Source of the DNA: an uncultured Gammaproteobacteria bacterium
GTDB taxonomy: Bacteria; Patescibacteriota; Microgenomatia; Levybacterales; GWA1-39-11
DNA length: 64,000 nt
Direction: 5' to 3'
Assembly: GCA_964450885.1 (NCBI GenBank)
Contig: CAYVFE010000001.1
Location: 374,572-438,571, forward strand
Made by a program: the position numbers and the translations under genes. This document shows positions 1-9,596 of this stretch, one piece after another (position 1 is the stretch's first letter; each line of letters starts with the position of its first letter). Below the pieces are notes generated by a model. The model was given only the letters and a program-made list of their open reading frames with translations, did no database searches and had not been told where the DNA came from.

Positions 1-894
1 TTATTTTTAGTAATTTCTGGAGCACTTACGCTGGCAAGCATAATTGTACTTTTAGTCTTTGGATTAAAATTCTCTATCGATTTTACGGGTGGATCAAGGT
101 TAGAGGTCGTGCTTTCTGGAGATAGCGAAGATGTAAGAGCGAAAATAGAAGAAGTCTATGAAGAAAATGGCGTGAAATTAAATTCTATTCAGCAAACAGA
201 AAACGGTTATAGGGTAAGTTCTTCTGTTATAGATGAGCCCACCAGGGATAGAATAGTAGAAGAATTAGGAGCCCAAAGGCAAAGCTTCGAAGTTTTAGGA
301 CCAACAATTGGTGGAGAAACAAGGAATAGGGCTATTATAGCAGTGTTGATTGCAATCGCAGCCATTACTACTTATATAGCAATAGCTTTCTGGAAAAGTG
401 GTGGTATGATTTCTTCATGGAAATTTGGAATTTCTGCGATTACCGCACTCGCGCATGATGTCATAATAACACTAGGAGCGTTTTCATTATTTGGTTTATT
501 CTTTGGTGTAGAAGTTGATGCTTTATTTGTTACAGCGATACTTACGATTATTGGATTCTCTGTCCATGACACAATAGTTGTATTTGATAGAATCAGGGAA
601 AATATTAAGAATAATGTAAAAAAGACGCCCTTTGAAGAGATAGTTGGCAATTCCATAACAGAAACTCTTGGCAGATCTTTAAGTACTTCAATTTTGGTGC
701 TCTTAGTGCTTGTTGCGATGGTATTATTTGGTGGAGATAGTATCAGGTGGTTTGTGATGGCATTTATTATTGGAGTTATAGTTGGTGCTTATTCTTCTAT
801 CTTTATTGCATCACCGATATTAGTTGAATGGCACAATTTTGATAAAAATGGAGGCGTTTCTTCTTTGAAGAAAAAGTTGAGGAGTAAAAAATAG
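1..894 (+). CDS. secF: Protein-export membrane protein SecF (5'-partial; the frame is open from base 1, upstream of the tracked Met)
   Basis: Frame-1 translation from nt 1 gives LFLVISGALTLASIIVLLVFGLKFSIDFTGGSRLEVV..., the typical SecF N-terminal region, followed by multi-TM SecD/F-type helices. Confidence 0.8.
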   Translation, partial: LFLVISGALTLASIIVLLVFGLKFSIDFTGGSRLEVVLSGDSEDVRAKIEEVYEENGVKLNSIQQTENGYRVSSSVIDEPTRDRIVEELGAQRQSFEVLGPTIGGETRNRAIIAVLIAIAAITTYIAIAFWKSGGMISSWKFGISAITALAHDVIITLGAFSLFGLFFGVEVDALFVTAILTIIGFSVHDTIVVFDRIRENIKNNVKKTPFEEIVGNSITETLGRSLSTSILVLLVLVAMVLFGGDSIRWFVMAFIIGVIVGAYSSIFIASPILVEWHNFDKNGGVSSLKKKLRSKK

Positions 895-895
895 T

Positions 896-1342
896 CTATC
901 CTAAATTTTCTTTTACGATTCTGTTCACTAAATTTCCATCTGCTTTGCCTTTGACTTGAGGCATGATGACTCCCATAAGTTTACCCATATCCTGCATTGA
1001 TGTTGCTCCAGTATCTTCTATCGCTTGGGATACGATTTTTACGATTTCTTCTTCACTCATTTGTTCTGGTTGATATTCATCCAATATGTCTAATTCTTTT
1101 TGCTCCTTCTCGGCCGATTCAGATCGCCCTGCATTTTTATATGCCTCGACCGCCTCTTTCCTTTTTTTGATCTCCCGACCGACTATTGTCAGAACATCCT
1201 CATCAGTTGCTTCATAGTTGAGCCCCTTTTCGATCTCGAAATTTTTTAAAGAAGCAAGTAGCAGGCGGAGCGTAGATGTCTTTAATTCATCCCTTGCAAA
1301 CATTGCTGTTTTTACATCCTGTTGGATTTTATCTTTTAACAT
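896..1342 (-). CDS. GatB/YqeY domain protein
   Basis: 148 aa with a YqeY-like helical domain (…LLASLKNFEIEKG…EATDEDVLTIV…), the usual size for the family. Its stop lies 1 nt from the secF stop (convergent). Confidence 0.7.
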   Translation of the reverse strand: MLKDKIQQDVKTAMFARDELKTSTLRLLLASLKNFEIEKGLNYEATDEDVLTIVGREIKKRKEAVEAYKNAGRSESAEKEQKELDILDEYQPEQMSEEEIVKIVSQAIEDTGATSMQDMGKLMGVIMPQVKGKADGNLVNRIVKENLG

Positions 1343-1349
1343 AACGGTA

Positions 1350-2717
1350 TTATACTTTATTTTTATATATTTCAGAAATTCGTTTCATAAGGTACTCTTT
1401 GTTATTTAGCTCAAGGTTTTCGTCGACTTCCTCAAAAAGCTTTTGAAGAATTATTCCGATATCTTTTCCAGGGGGTATATTAAGCTCTCGCATTATGTCG
1501 TTTCCATTTATGGCTAGGTCGTTAATAGAGAAAGGTGGGTTGAGCTGCTCAATTAGGCGTTCTTTGAATTTTTTAAGTCTCCAGCTTTCCGCAAACTGTG
1601 TTCCTCCTCCAAGCCTGTCACCAATCCGAAGATCCATCATGTCCTGCACATTTTCTACCCCTACGCGTCTGATGAAACGTCTTATTGCGCTATCGGTTAT
1701 ATGTTCATCGATTGTAAACATATGCCAGCGGATAAGTGTGTAAATTTTTTCACGCTGTTTTTTCGAGAAATGTAGCCTGTCTGCAATTTCTTTCGCAATT
1801 CTGGCACCGACTACTTCATGGTTATAAAAAATTACAAACCCATTCTCATCGGTTGCCGCGACTTCCGGCTTGCCTACGTCGTGTAAAAGTGTCGCAAATC
1901 TTACCAGAGGGTCTTGCGAGGTGCAAAATTTTAGCGACAGAACATTGTGAGTAAAGACATCATCTTTATGGTGCCTTCCTGGCCTTTGTTGAGAGACTCC
2001 TTTTCCTTTGGTTAGTTCCGGAAGAATTATCTCCAGTATTTTGACTTCATCCAGCATCATAACTCCCTCAAATGGGTGTTCGCTTGCCAGCATTTTCATA
2101 AGCTCCAGTCTTATTCGCTCACCAGAGATATGTGATATGAGTGAATTATGGTTTGTTATAGCTTTTTGGGTTTTGTCTTCGATGGTAAATGAAAATTGCG
2201 TTGCGAATCGAATTGCCCGAAGCATTCTTAGGGCATCTTCTTTAAATCTCTCCTCAGGATTTCCTACGGCTCTTATTATTTTGCTCTCCAAATCCTTGAG
2301 CCCGTTTTCATAGTCTATTAGGGTTTGATTTCCATTTTCGATTTTTATCGCAAGGGTGTTTATTGTAAAATCACGTCTTTTGACGTCTTCTTCCAGACTC
2401 TTACCCCATTCTACATTAGTTGGATGTCTGAAATTTTCAAAGCCTTGCTCGGTTCTGAAAGTAGTGATTTCGACAATTTTTTCCTCCCCGTCTTTTCCAA
2501 TAGGAACACCCACCGTCCCAAAAGAGTTGTCGTAAAAACTATCTGTAAAAACCTCTTGAACTTGTTCTGGGGTAGCATTTGTAGTTAGGTCCCAGTCTTT
2601 AACCGGGATTTTAAGTATAAGGTCTCTGACACATCCACCTATAAAATAGACTTCATATTTTGCATTAGCAAGTTTTTCATAGATGGAAATAATATCGTCA
2701 GGAATAAAGTATTTCAT
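1350..2717 (-). CDS. cca: CCA-adding tRNA nucleotidyltransferase / poly(A) polymerase family with HD domain
   Basis: Has the FIGGCVRDLIL motif and DWDL of the PolyA_pol head domain, plus an HD-domain signature (LLHDVGKP). The start is trimmed to the internal Met (MKYFIPDD) because the first 72 tracked codons look like non-coding read-through. Confidence 0.8.
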   Translation of the reverse strand: MKYFIPDDIISIYEKLANAKYEVYFIGGCVRDLILKIPVKDWDLTTNATPEQVQEVFTDSFYDNSFGTVGVPIGKDGEEKIVEITTFRTEQGFENFRHPTNVEWGKSLEEDVKRRDFTINTLAIKIENGNQTLIDYENGLKDLESKIIRAVGNPEERFKEDALRMLRAIRFATQFSFTIEDKTQKAITNHNSLISHISGERIRLELMKMLASEHPFEGVMMLDEVKILEIILPELTKGKGVSQQRPGRHHKDDVFTHNVLSLKFCTSQDPLVRFATLLHDVGKPEVAATDENGFVIFYNHEVVGARIAKEIADRLHFSKKQREKIYTLIRWHMFTIDEHITDSAIRRFIRRVGVENVQDMMDLRIGDRLGGGTQFAESWRLKKFKERLIEQLNPPFSINDLAINGNDIMRELNIPPGKDIGIILQKLFEEVDENLELNNKEYLMKRISEIYKNKV

Positions 2718-2754
2718 GTGATAATATAAAGCGTCTCTTATTTCAAAGTATATC

Positions 2755-4386
2755 ATGAAAAAATGGAAGGTACTTAGCTCTCTTCGTAATATAACTTCAG
2801 AAAAAAGTGTTATCGACGAGCTTTTCAATCTGCGTAAAATTTCTGACAGGAAGAAATATTTAGAACCTAGAATAGAGGACATACGGTTAGAAGGCTCTGG
2901 GATTGATACGAAGGAGGTAAAGAAAGCAGTCAAGAGAGTAAATGAAGCAATCCAGAAGGGCGAGAAAATTATTATTTTGGGAGATTATGATGTTGATGGG
3001 ATTTGTGCATCTGCAATTCTATGGGAAACTATTTATAGCAAATACAAGAATATTTTTCCTTATATTCCTGATAGATTTACGCAAGGATATGGGATCTCAA
3101 AAAAAAGCATAGATAGTATATTTGAGAAATATCCTGACGTAAAGTTAATAATTACCGTAGACAATGGAATCGTAGCTGCAGATTCTGCTGATTATGTTGC
3201 CGAGAAAGGCGTAGATTTGATAATAACTGATCATCACCTAGGAGGAGAAGTTTTACCAAAAGCATCAGCGATAGTTCATACGACTGATCTTTGTGGAGCG
3301 GGAGTTTCCTGGATACTCGCCCGGGAGTTAAATTTTATTTCGGAGGATGAAATAAATAAAAAGCTGGAACTTGCATGTCTTGCGACTATAGCTGACCTGG
3401 TGCCGCTAACCGGACTCAATCGTTTAGTTGTCAAATTCGGATTGAATTACTTACGCAACACTAAAAGGGTAGGGCTAAGTGAACTGATTCAAATTTCAGG
3501 AATAGATAAGAAGAATATAGGTACGTATCAAATAGGTCATATGATAGGTCCGCGTTTGAATGCTAGCGGAAGGGTTGGTCATGCTATAGAAAGTCTTCGT
3601 TTGATTTGTACAAATGATAAGAATTATGCTCAAAATGCTGCTCTACTTTTGGAGAACACGAATAAAATTCGGCAAAAAATGGTTTTGGATTCTATGCAGC
3701 ATGCCGATCTTTCTATGATTACAGATGACAACTCCACAAAGATAGTAGCTGTGTATCACGAGAGCTACTCGGAGGGAATCGTAGGGCTTTTAGCATCCAG
3801 ACTGGTTGAAAAAAATTACAAACCCTCCTTTGCTATTTCTGTAAAGAGTGAGATTTCGAAAGGATCGGCGCGTAGCATAAGTGGCGTAAATATAGTAGAG
3901 ATGTTGAGATCTGTCTCAACAAAGCTTTTGGAGGTTGGTGGGCATCCGATGGCTGCGGGCTTCTCCGTAAAGACCGAAAAGATTGAAGAGCTCATAGAAG
4001 CTTTAAGCAATGAGTCAGAAAAAATCCCAGACCATGCATTCGAAAGGGAAATAAAGATAGATATGGAAATTCCTTTAAGTATAGTAACAGAATCTTTGTT
4101 TGAAAAGATTCAAGGGCTGTCACCATTCGGGATGGGAAATCCCGAACCAGTTTTTCTCGCGAGGAATGTAAAAATAATTTCAACCAACAGGATAGGCAAA
4201 GATAGTAGTCATCTAAAACTTATTCTCGACTCGGGGGGAAAGAAAATAGAGGCGATAGGATTTGGTATGGGAGACCTGGAGGTCGAGAAAAACGATAAAG
4301 GAGATGTGGTCTTTACAATAGATGTAAATATTTGGCGCGAAAGGAAAACTTTACAGCTTAAGATAAAAGATTTGAAGAAGATTTAG
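2755..4386 (+). CDS. recJ: Single-stranded-DNA-specific exonuclease RecJ (DHH/DHHA1)
   Basis: DHH motifs are present (ILGDYDVDGICAS, ITDHH). It has a DHHA1 region (GGHPMAAGFS) and a RecJ OB-fold C-terminus. Confidence 0.85.
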   Translation: MKKWKVLSSLRNITSEKSVIDELFNLRKISDRKKYLEPRIEDIRLEGSGIDTKEVKKAVKRVNEAIQKGEKIIILGDYDVDGICASAILWETIYSKYKNIFPYIPDRFTQGYGISKKSIDSIFEKYPDVKLIITVDNGIVAADSADYVAEKGVDLIITDHHLGGEVLPKASAIVHTTDLCGAGVSWILARELNFISEDEINKKLELACLATIADLVPLTGLNRLVVKFGLNYLRNTKRVGLSELIQISGIDKKNIGTYQIGHMIGPRLNASGRVGHAIESLRLICTNDKNYAQNAALLLENTNKIRQKMVLDSMQHADLSMITDDNSTKIVAVYHESYSEGIVGLLASRLVEKNYKPSFAISVKSEISKGSARSISGVNIVEMLRSVSTKLLEVGGHPMAAGFSVKTEKIEELIEALSNESEKIPDHAFEREIKIDMEIPLSIVTESLFEKIQGLSPFGMGNPEPVFLARNVKIISTNRIGKDSSHLKLILDSGGKKIEAIGFGMGDLEVEKNDKGDVVFTIDVNIWRERKTLQLKIKDLKKI

Positions 4387-4772
4387 AGATTATAATCTAT
4401 CCCGCTATTCATTGACTGTTCTATTGATGGACGCTCTGTGCTTATATCCATCATGACAGATTCTGTCTGTTTTCTGCTTGCGATCATCCTCGTTGCGATT
4501 CGCAAGATTTCTGGTGGAGCTTCCTCCGGCGTTATGCCACGTCTGCCAAATAGATTGTCCAGGAGCTCACGTGCTCTGCCTTCTTGGGGAATAATAACTT
4601 CTTCAGGGGTAGCACTCGAGACTCTATCAGGCTCAATTATACATGGATTCTCCCTTAGTTCCCTTTCAGTTGCCAAAAGAGTTTCTTTGTCAATCTCCCT
4701 TGGGTCAACACCATTATTGATAAAATATGCTGTTGCTTCATCTATTTGGTATCTTTGGTGCTCTGTGTTCAT
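4383..4772 (-). CDS. Hypothetical protein (129 aa, acidic, no recognisable family)
   Basis: The ORF is preceded by a GGGAG SD-like element. No family was recognised by eye. Confidence 0.4.
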   Translation of the reverse strand: MNTEHQRYQIDEATAYFINNGVDPREIDKETLLATERELRENPCIIEPDRVSSATPEEVIIPQEGRARELLDNLFGRRGITPEEAPPEILRIATRMIASRKQTESVMMDISTERPSIEQSMNSGIDYNL

Positions 4773-4780
4773 AAATAAAA

Positions 4781-4807
4781 AAACTCCCTTTGTTAAATTG
4801 GGAGTTT
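4781..4807 (-). promoter_or_regulatory. Stem-loop with an 8-bp stem and 11-nt loop plus U-run, immediately 5' of the 4772 start codon; the SD lies in the 3' arm
   Basis: Minus-strand RNA reads AAACUCCC-AAUUUAACAAA-GGGAGUUU-UUUUAUUU-AUG. The inverted repeat is perfect. Confidence 0.45.
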
Positions 4808-4966
4808 CTGTAATATTCTTTTCTACTACAGAATCCCTAGGCCGTAAAGGCTTTAGAGAGTCTTATAATATTGTGTAGATTAGAATTCATAGTAACAAAT
4901 TCGAGTATACGACTAGGGTAATATATTGTCAATACTAATGATGAGTGGGGAAATTTAGGTTCATTT

Positions 4967-6337
4967 ATGATATTATACATAAATATGAATGAGCAAAGAA
5001 TTCTTGCAGTTGAAGCAAATAATAAAATAGACGAGGAAGTTTTGATAAAAGGATTTCTCCAAAGAATAAGACTCCATGGAAAGGTTGCCTTTTTTGACCT
5101 CAGAGATAGGTCGGGTATTATTCAAGTAGTTACAACAGATGAAAAGGTTATAGCAGAGTTGGGAAGCCTTCAAGTGCAGTCAGTTGTGGAATTCAAAGGG
5201 AGAGTAAAGGAAAGAGGAGAGAGATATAAAAACGCGAATTTGCCTACAGGGAACATCGAGATAGAAATCACATCTGATTTTGAAGTTCTTTCTAAAGCTG
5301 CCGAAATGCCTTTTGATATGGGTGTGGAAGAATTAAACCTACAACTACCTACTCTCCTTGACTATAGAACTCTGGTGTTAAGAAACAAAAAAATAGCTGA
5401 TATATTTCGTGTGCAGGCATCAATCCTAAAGGGTTTTAGGCAAGCGGCAGAAAGCAAGAATGCTATCGAGATAGTTGTTCCTACAATATCTGCATCTGCG
5501 ACTGAGGGTGGAGCAGAGGTTTTCCCAGTCAAATATTATGATTACGATGCATATTTGACTCAAAGTCCGCAACTCTATAAGCAGATGATGGTGCCGATAT
5601 TCGAAAGAGTGTATACAATCGCTCACGCATACCGTGCAGAGCCATCAGTGACCACGCGTCATCTATCAGAGAATACTCAGATGGATATGGAGATTGGTTT
5701 CGTGCAGTTTTCAGAACTATTGGATATATTAGAGCAGGTAATAGTTGATACGCTCAAATTTGCGGAAGAGGAAAATAAAGAAATACTTTCTGACTTTCGA
5801 ATAAAAGAGATAGCATTTGGGAGCATTCCCAGATTGAAATTATCTGAGGCGCAGGAAATTATCTACAAAGAATTTGGAAGAGACGTTAGGGGGGAGAAGG
5901 ATCTGGGTTCTCAAGATGAAGTTGACATTTGTGAATGGGCATTAAAGAACCATAATTCAGATCTTGTAACGATTACTCACTTCCCGACATTCAAAAGAGC
6001 TTTTTATACGATGCCTGATCCTGACGATCAGGAACTGAGCTTATCATTTGATATATTATTTAGAGGGGTAGAGATCTCTAGTGGAAGTCAGAGAATTAGT
6101 GACTATAACCAGCTGATTGAGGCGATTAAGAGTAGGGGGATGAATCCCGATAATTTTGCATTGTACCTTCAGGCTTTTTTGTATGGGATGCCTGCGGAGG
6201 GTGGGTTTTCATTTGGACTCGAGAGGATCACGATGCATATGTTAAATCTTGCGAATGTTAGGGAAGCTTCGCTTTTCCCTAGAGACATGGAAAGAGTGGA
6301 TGTCCGCCTCAAAAAAAACCAGCAAAAAGAAAGTTAG
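4967..6337 (+). CDS. aspS: Aspartyl/asparaginyl-tRNA synthetase, archaeal/eukaryal-type class IIb (likely non-discriminating AspRS)
   Basis: N-terminal OB fold, class II motif 2 (FRAEPS) and motif 3 (GGFSFGLERITMHML). At ~450 aa it fits type-2 AspRS/AsnRS. An alternative ATG at 4985 (MNEQRIL) sits 8 nt after a TGATATTAT -10-like element. Confidence 0.8.
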   Translation: MILYINMNEQRILAVEANNKIDEEVLIKGFLQRIRLHGKVAFFDLRDRSGIIQVVTTDEKVIAELGSLQVQSVVEFKGRVKERGERYKNANLPTGNIEIEITSDFEVLSKAAEMPFDMGVEELNLQLPTLLDYRTLVLRNKKIADIFRVQASILKGFRQAAESKNAIEIVVPTISASATEGGAEVFPVKYYDYDAYLTQSPQLYKQMMVPIFERVYTIAHAYRAEPSVTTRHLSENTQMDMEIGFVQFSELLDILEQVIVDTLKFAEEENKEILSDFRIKEIAFGSIPRLKLSEAQEIIYKEFGRDVRGEKDLGSQDEVDICEWALKNHNSDLVTITHFPTFKRAFYTMPDPDDQELSLSFDILFRGVEISSGSQRISDYNQLIEAIKSRGMNPDNFALYLQAFLYGMPAEGGFSFGLERITMHMLNLANVREASLFPRDMERVDVRLKKNQQKES

Positions 6338-7262
6338 TCTAAATTCTAAAATTAGTGGGAGCAAGATTTACTACTCGTTTTTTTTACTTTTCTTTGCAAA
6401 TGTCATAGTTTTTTCTTTCTTTGCATATTTCATTCATAGGCTTTACGCGAGCAAAATTGATGTATTTGGTAGACAGCAAATGCAAGTTGTTTCTATTCCG
6501 AAGCTAGATGTTTCTAGCGAGATTGAAGTCACTGCAGCCTCATATATAGTTTATGATCCTCTGACCAGAACTGTTGTTCTTTCAAAAAATCCCAACATGC
6601 GTCTTTCGCCTGCCTCATCTATAAAAATACTAACGGCACTTGTTGCGCTTGATCAGTACGATTTGAATTCTTACTTAAGCGGCATCAGCGCGTCATACGA
6701 TGAATCCAAGATGGGCCTTTATATAGGTGAAGAAATAAGTGTGGAAAATCTTTTGTACGGCTTACTTCTTATTTCTGGAAATGATGCAGCAAAAACCCTG
6801 GCGCAAAACTATCCGGGTGGATCAGATGCCTTCGTAAAAGCAATGAACAACAAAGCGTTTGATCTAAAACTTACGGAGTCGATGTTTTTTGATCCCAGTG
6901 GATATTTGGACAATAATTATTCTACAGCTTTCGATATGGCAAGGCTTGGTTCATATGCTATGAAGAATGGAAAAATAAGAGAAATAGTTGGAACAAAAAA
7001 TAAAGTAGTTTTTGATAGGTATGGGCTTACTGTACATCCGTTAATCAATCTAAATGAGCTTTTGAATGATAGGAACGTAACAGGGATAAAAACAGGATTT
7101 ACAAACGAAGCGGGAGGAGTTTTATTAACTAGCTATGTGCATTCAGGACGCGAAATTATAATTGTTGTAATGAAAAGTGAAGACCGTTTTTCAGACACAA
7201 GAAAGATAATAAGTGAAGTAGAAGATAAAATTTATTATTCTGAGGTGCCTTCAGGCGTTTGA
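6300..7262 (+). CDS. D-alanyl-D-alanine carboxypeptidase (serine peptidase S11, PBP5-like)
   Basis: SxxK (SSIK), SGN (LISGNDAAK) and KTG (GIKTGFT) motifs are present, with an N-terminal signal-anchor. The start is uncertain: the tracked ORF begins at 6249, overlapping aspS, and the start used here is the internal Met at 6300. Confidence 0.75.
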   Translation: MSASKKTSKKKVSLNSKISGSKIYYSFFLLFFANVIVFSFFAYFIHRLYASKIDVFGRQQMQVVSIPKLDVSSEIEVTAASYIVYDPLTRTVVLSKNPNMRLSPASSIKILTALVALDQYDLNSYLSGISASYDESKMGLYIGEEISVENLLYGLLLISGNDAAKTLAQNYPGGSDAFVKAMNNKAFDLKLTESMFFDPSGYLDNNYSTAFDMARLGSYAMKNGKIREIVGTKNKVVFDRYGLTVHPLINLNELLNDRNVTGIKTGFTNEAGGVLLTSYVHSGREIIIVVMKSEDRFSDTRKIISEVEDKIYYSEVPSGV

Positions 7263-8302
7263 GAGATTTTTTCAACTGCAGGAACAATTCCTCTAGCGTT
7301 TATCCCTTCGAAAACATATACAGGCTGTGCGAACTCGGTGGTGTTTTTATCAAGATAATAAGCAAGGTAGGCATTGGTTATCTGTATGGACGTCAAGTTT
7401 TCAGGGTTATATAAGTATCCGTTACCAGCTTTTAAATCTTCAAATGCTTTTCCTACACCCTTTACTGGATAGTCTGATGATTCTTCAGTTAGTCTGTGAT
7501 TATAAGAGTGTCCATCGAGTACGATCATTCTTGATGAGGAAGGATAGGAAACAAGAAGTGACACATTCGGAAATTCTGGATTCGGATAAATAAACGGATA
7601 GTTGCCCAACTCGTTCTCAATATTATTATTATAAAGGCTGACGCGGATAGCCTTTGCATTAAAGACATTATCAACTTGAGTGAGTGTATTTCCTGAAAGA
7701 GTATAGTATTTTAGGCTGTCATCGGTATAAGCTAGACCATCAAGATTCACCTGCAGGGAGCGCAATATGTCATTTACGTTCTTTTGAATCCTTTCTTCAT
7801 CAGGAAAGATTGGGTTTGCAAACAGATCTTGATTCGAGAGAAAATTTGATCTTATTTCAAAAGTTTTATAATTTATGTCGAATTGAATTGTGGCGTTCGT
7901 AGAGGGATTTGACCATTGATAGACCGTGTCTGAAACCTTTATTTCTTGCTGATTGAATCCGGCTATCGAGGTCGATGATCTGACATTTTGTAGTGCCAGC
8001 AAGTCAGGTTTTGGCTGGTCTATTTTATAGACAAACATTTTACTAGGTAGATTTGTAGGTAGTTCTCCAGAAACTGTATTAATTTGATAATCTATCGTAG
8101 ACGAAGCATTTTGATCGAATATTATTTGCGGTAGGTCTCCAAAGGCTTGCTTTGGTGCATCAGGAGCAGCTGGGAAAAGCATGTTTTTGACGAATACCCC
8201 TCCCATGATCAATAGATAAACTCCAAATAGACCTGCAGCTATTATTGCTGCAATTTTTAGCACAGATCTTAGTTTTTCCGTAGTTCCCGCAAGAGAGCTC
8301 AT
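7235..8302 (-). CDS. Hypothetical membrane-anchored extracytoplasmic protein
   Basis: It has an N-terminal TM helix (IAAIIAAGLFGVYLLIMGGVFV) followed by a ~320-aa Asn/Ser/Tyr-rich domain. No family recognised. Confidence 0.5.
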   Translation of the reverse strand: MSSLAGTTEKLRSVLKIAAIIAAGLFGVYLLIMGGVFVKNMLFPAAPDAPKQAFGDLPQIIFDQNASSTIDYQINTVSGELPTNLPSKMFVYKIDQPKPDLLALQNVRSSTSIAGFNQQEIKVSDTVYQWSNPSTNATIQFDINYKTFEIRSNFLSNQDLFANPIFPDEERIQKNVNDILRSLQVNLDGLAYTDDSLKYYTLSGNTLTQVDNVFNAKAIRVSLYNNNIENELGNYPFIYPNPEFPNVSLLVSYPSSSRMIVLDGHSYNHRLTEESSDYPVKGVGKAFEDLKAGNGYLYNPENLTSIQITNAYLAYYLDKNTTEFAQPVYVFEGINARGIVPAVEKISQTPEGTSE

Positions 8303-8344
8303 TATCTTGAGTATAGGTAAATATTAGGTTAAAATGCAATAGTT

Positions 8345-9574
8345 ATGAGTTCATCTACGCAAAGCACCATCAAAGTTAGGTTTGCCCCAAGTCCCACAGG
8401 CGTGTTGCATGTAGGGAGCATAAGAACTGCGCTTTTCGACTACTTTTTTGCAAGATCAAACAACGGAAAATTTATATTGAGAAACGAGGATACGGATCAA
8501 GTGCGTAAAGTTGAGGGTGCGCTTGAGGCGACACTAGATTCGTTTAGATGGTTAGGAGTTGAGTGGGACGATTTAGTTACTCAATCAGAGCGGCTTGATC
8601 ATTATAAAAAATATGCAGAACAACTCGTAAATGAAGGAAAAGCCAGAGAAGAAGATGGTGCAATTAGATTTATAGTTTCAAAAAATGGAACAACGAAATG
8701 GAATGATCTAATTGGAGATAAGGAAATCAGTTTTGAAAACTCAGCGATTGAGGATTTTATAATCCTAAAAAAAGATGGATTCCCTACATACCATTTGGCA
8801 AATGTAGTTGATGACCATATGATGGAAATATCACATGTCATAAGAGGCGAAGATTGGATTCCTTCAACACCCAAACACATCATGCTTTATGAATCATTTG
8901 GATGGCAGCATCCAGTTTTCGTCCACGTGCCAAATGTAATGGGAATCGATAACAAAAAACTTTCAAAAAGGCGGGGAGCAAAATCTGTACTGGATTTTAG
9001 AAATGAAGGAATCCTATCTGAGGCGCTGCTTAACTACCTAATGCTTTTAGGATGGACTCCAAAAAATGATAAGGAAATTCTGTCAAAAGAGGAAATAGAA
9101 AAGGAGTTTAGGCTGGAGGATGTCCATGTGTCCCCTGCGGTTTTTGATGAAAGAAAGCTTGGGTGGATGAATGGGGAATATATAAGAAGCTTTGATAATG
9201 AAGAGCTTTTAAAAAGACTTACCGATTTCGATAATTCGATTTCAAATTTTGATAGTGACTTAATTAAAAAACTTATTGAGCCTGCTAAAACTCGGATGAA
9301 AAGCTTAGGTGATTTCAAGCAGATGGTAGAGCCATTTTTTGAAAAAAATCAAAAAGGGGAAGAGAAAATAAGAGATTACCTATACAATTCACTTTCTGAT
9401 ATCAAAGATTGGAACAAAGAGACAATAATAGAAAAATTGAAACAAGTGGTTAATTCTAAAGGTGTTAGATTCCAGGATATTTATGAAGCTGTAATAGGAG
9501 CAAGGCAGGGATTACCTCTAGGAGATGTATTCGAAATTTTAGGTAAAGACAGAACACTTTCTTTGTTGAAATAG
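8345..9574 (+). CDS. gltX: Glutamyl-tRNA synthetase (class I), short form
   Basis: Shows the HVGS (HIGH-type) motif in RFAPSPTGVLHVGSIRTALF and the KMSKS-type motif KLSKRRG. At only 409 aa the anticodon-binding region is short. Confidence 0.85.
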   Translation: MSSSTQSTIKVRFAPSPTGVLHVGSIRTALFDYFFARSNNGKFILRNEDTDQVRKVEGALEATLDSFRWLGVEWDDLVTQSERLDHYKKYAEQLVNEGKAREEDGAIRFIVSKNGTTKWNDLIGDKEISFENSAIEDFIILKKDGFPTYHLANVVDDHMMEISHVIRGEDWIPSTPKHIMLYESFGWQHPVFVHVPNVMGIDNKKLSKRRGAKSVLDFRNEGILSEALLNYLMLLGWTPKNDKEILSKEEIEKEFRLEDVHVSPAVFDERKLGWMNGEYIRSFDNEELLKRLTDFDNSISNFDSDLIKKLIEPAKTRMKSLGDFKQMVEPFFEKNQKGEEKIRDYLYNSLSDIKDWNKETIIEKLKQVVNSKGVRFQDIYEAVIGARQGLPLGDVFEILGKDRTLSLLK

Positions 9575-9596
9575 ATTTTTATGCAATAATAATCTA

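Noticed and set aside
372-656. 94-aa ORF antisense to secF
   Set aside because: It lies entirely inside the well-supported secF frame on the opposite strand. It is low-complexity with no family resemblance, a typical AT-rich antisense artefact.
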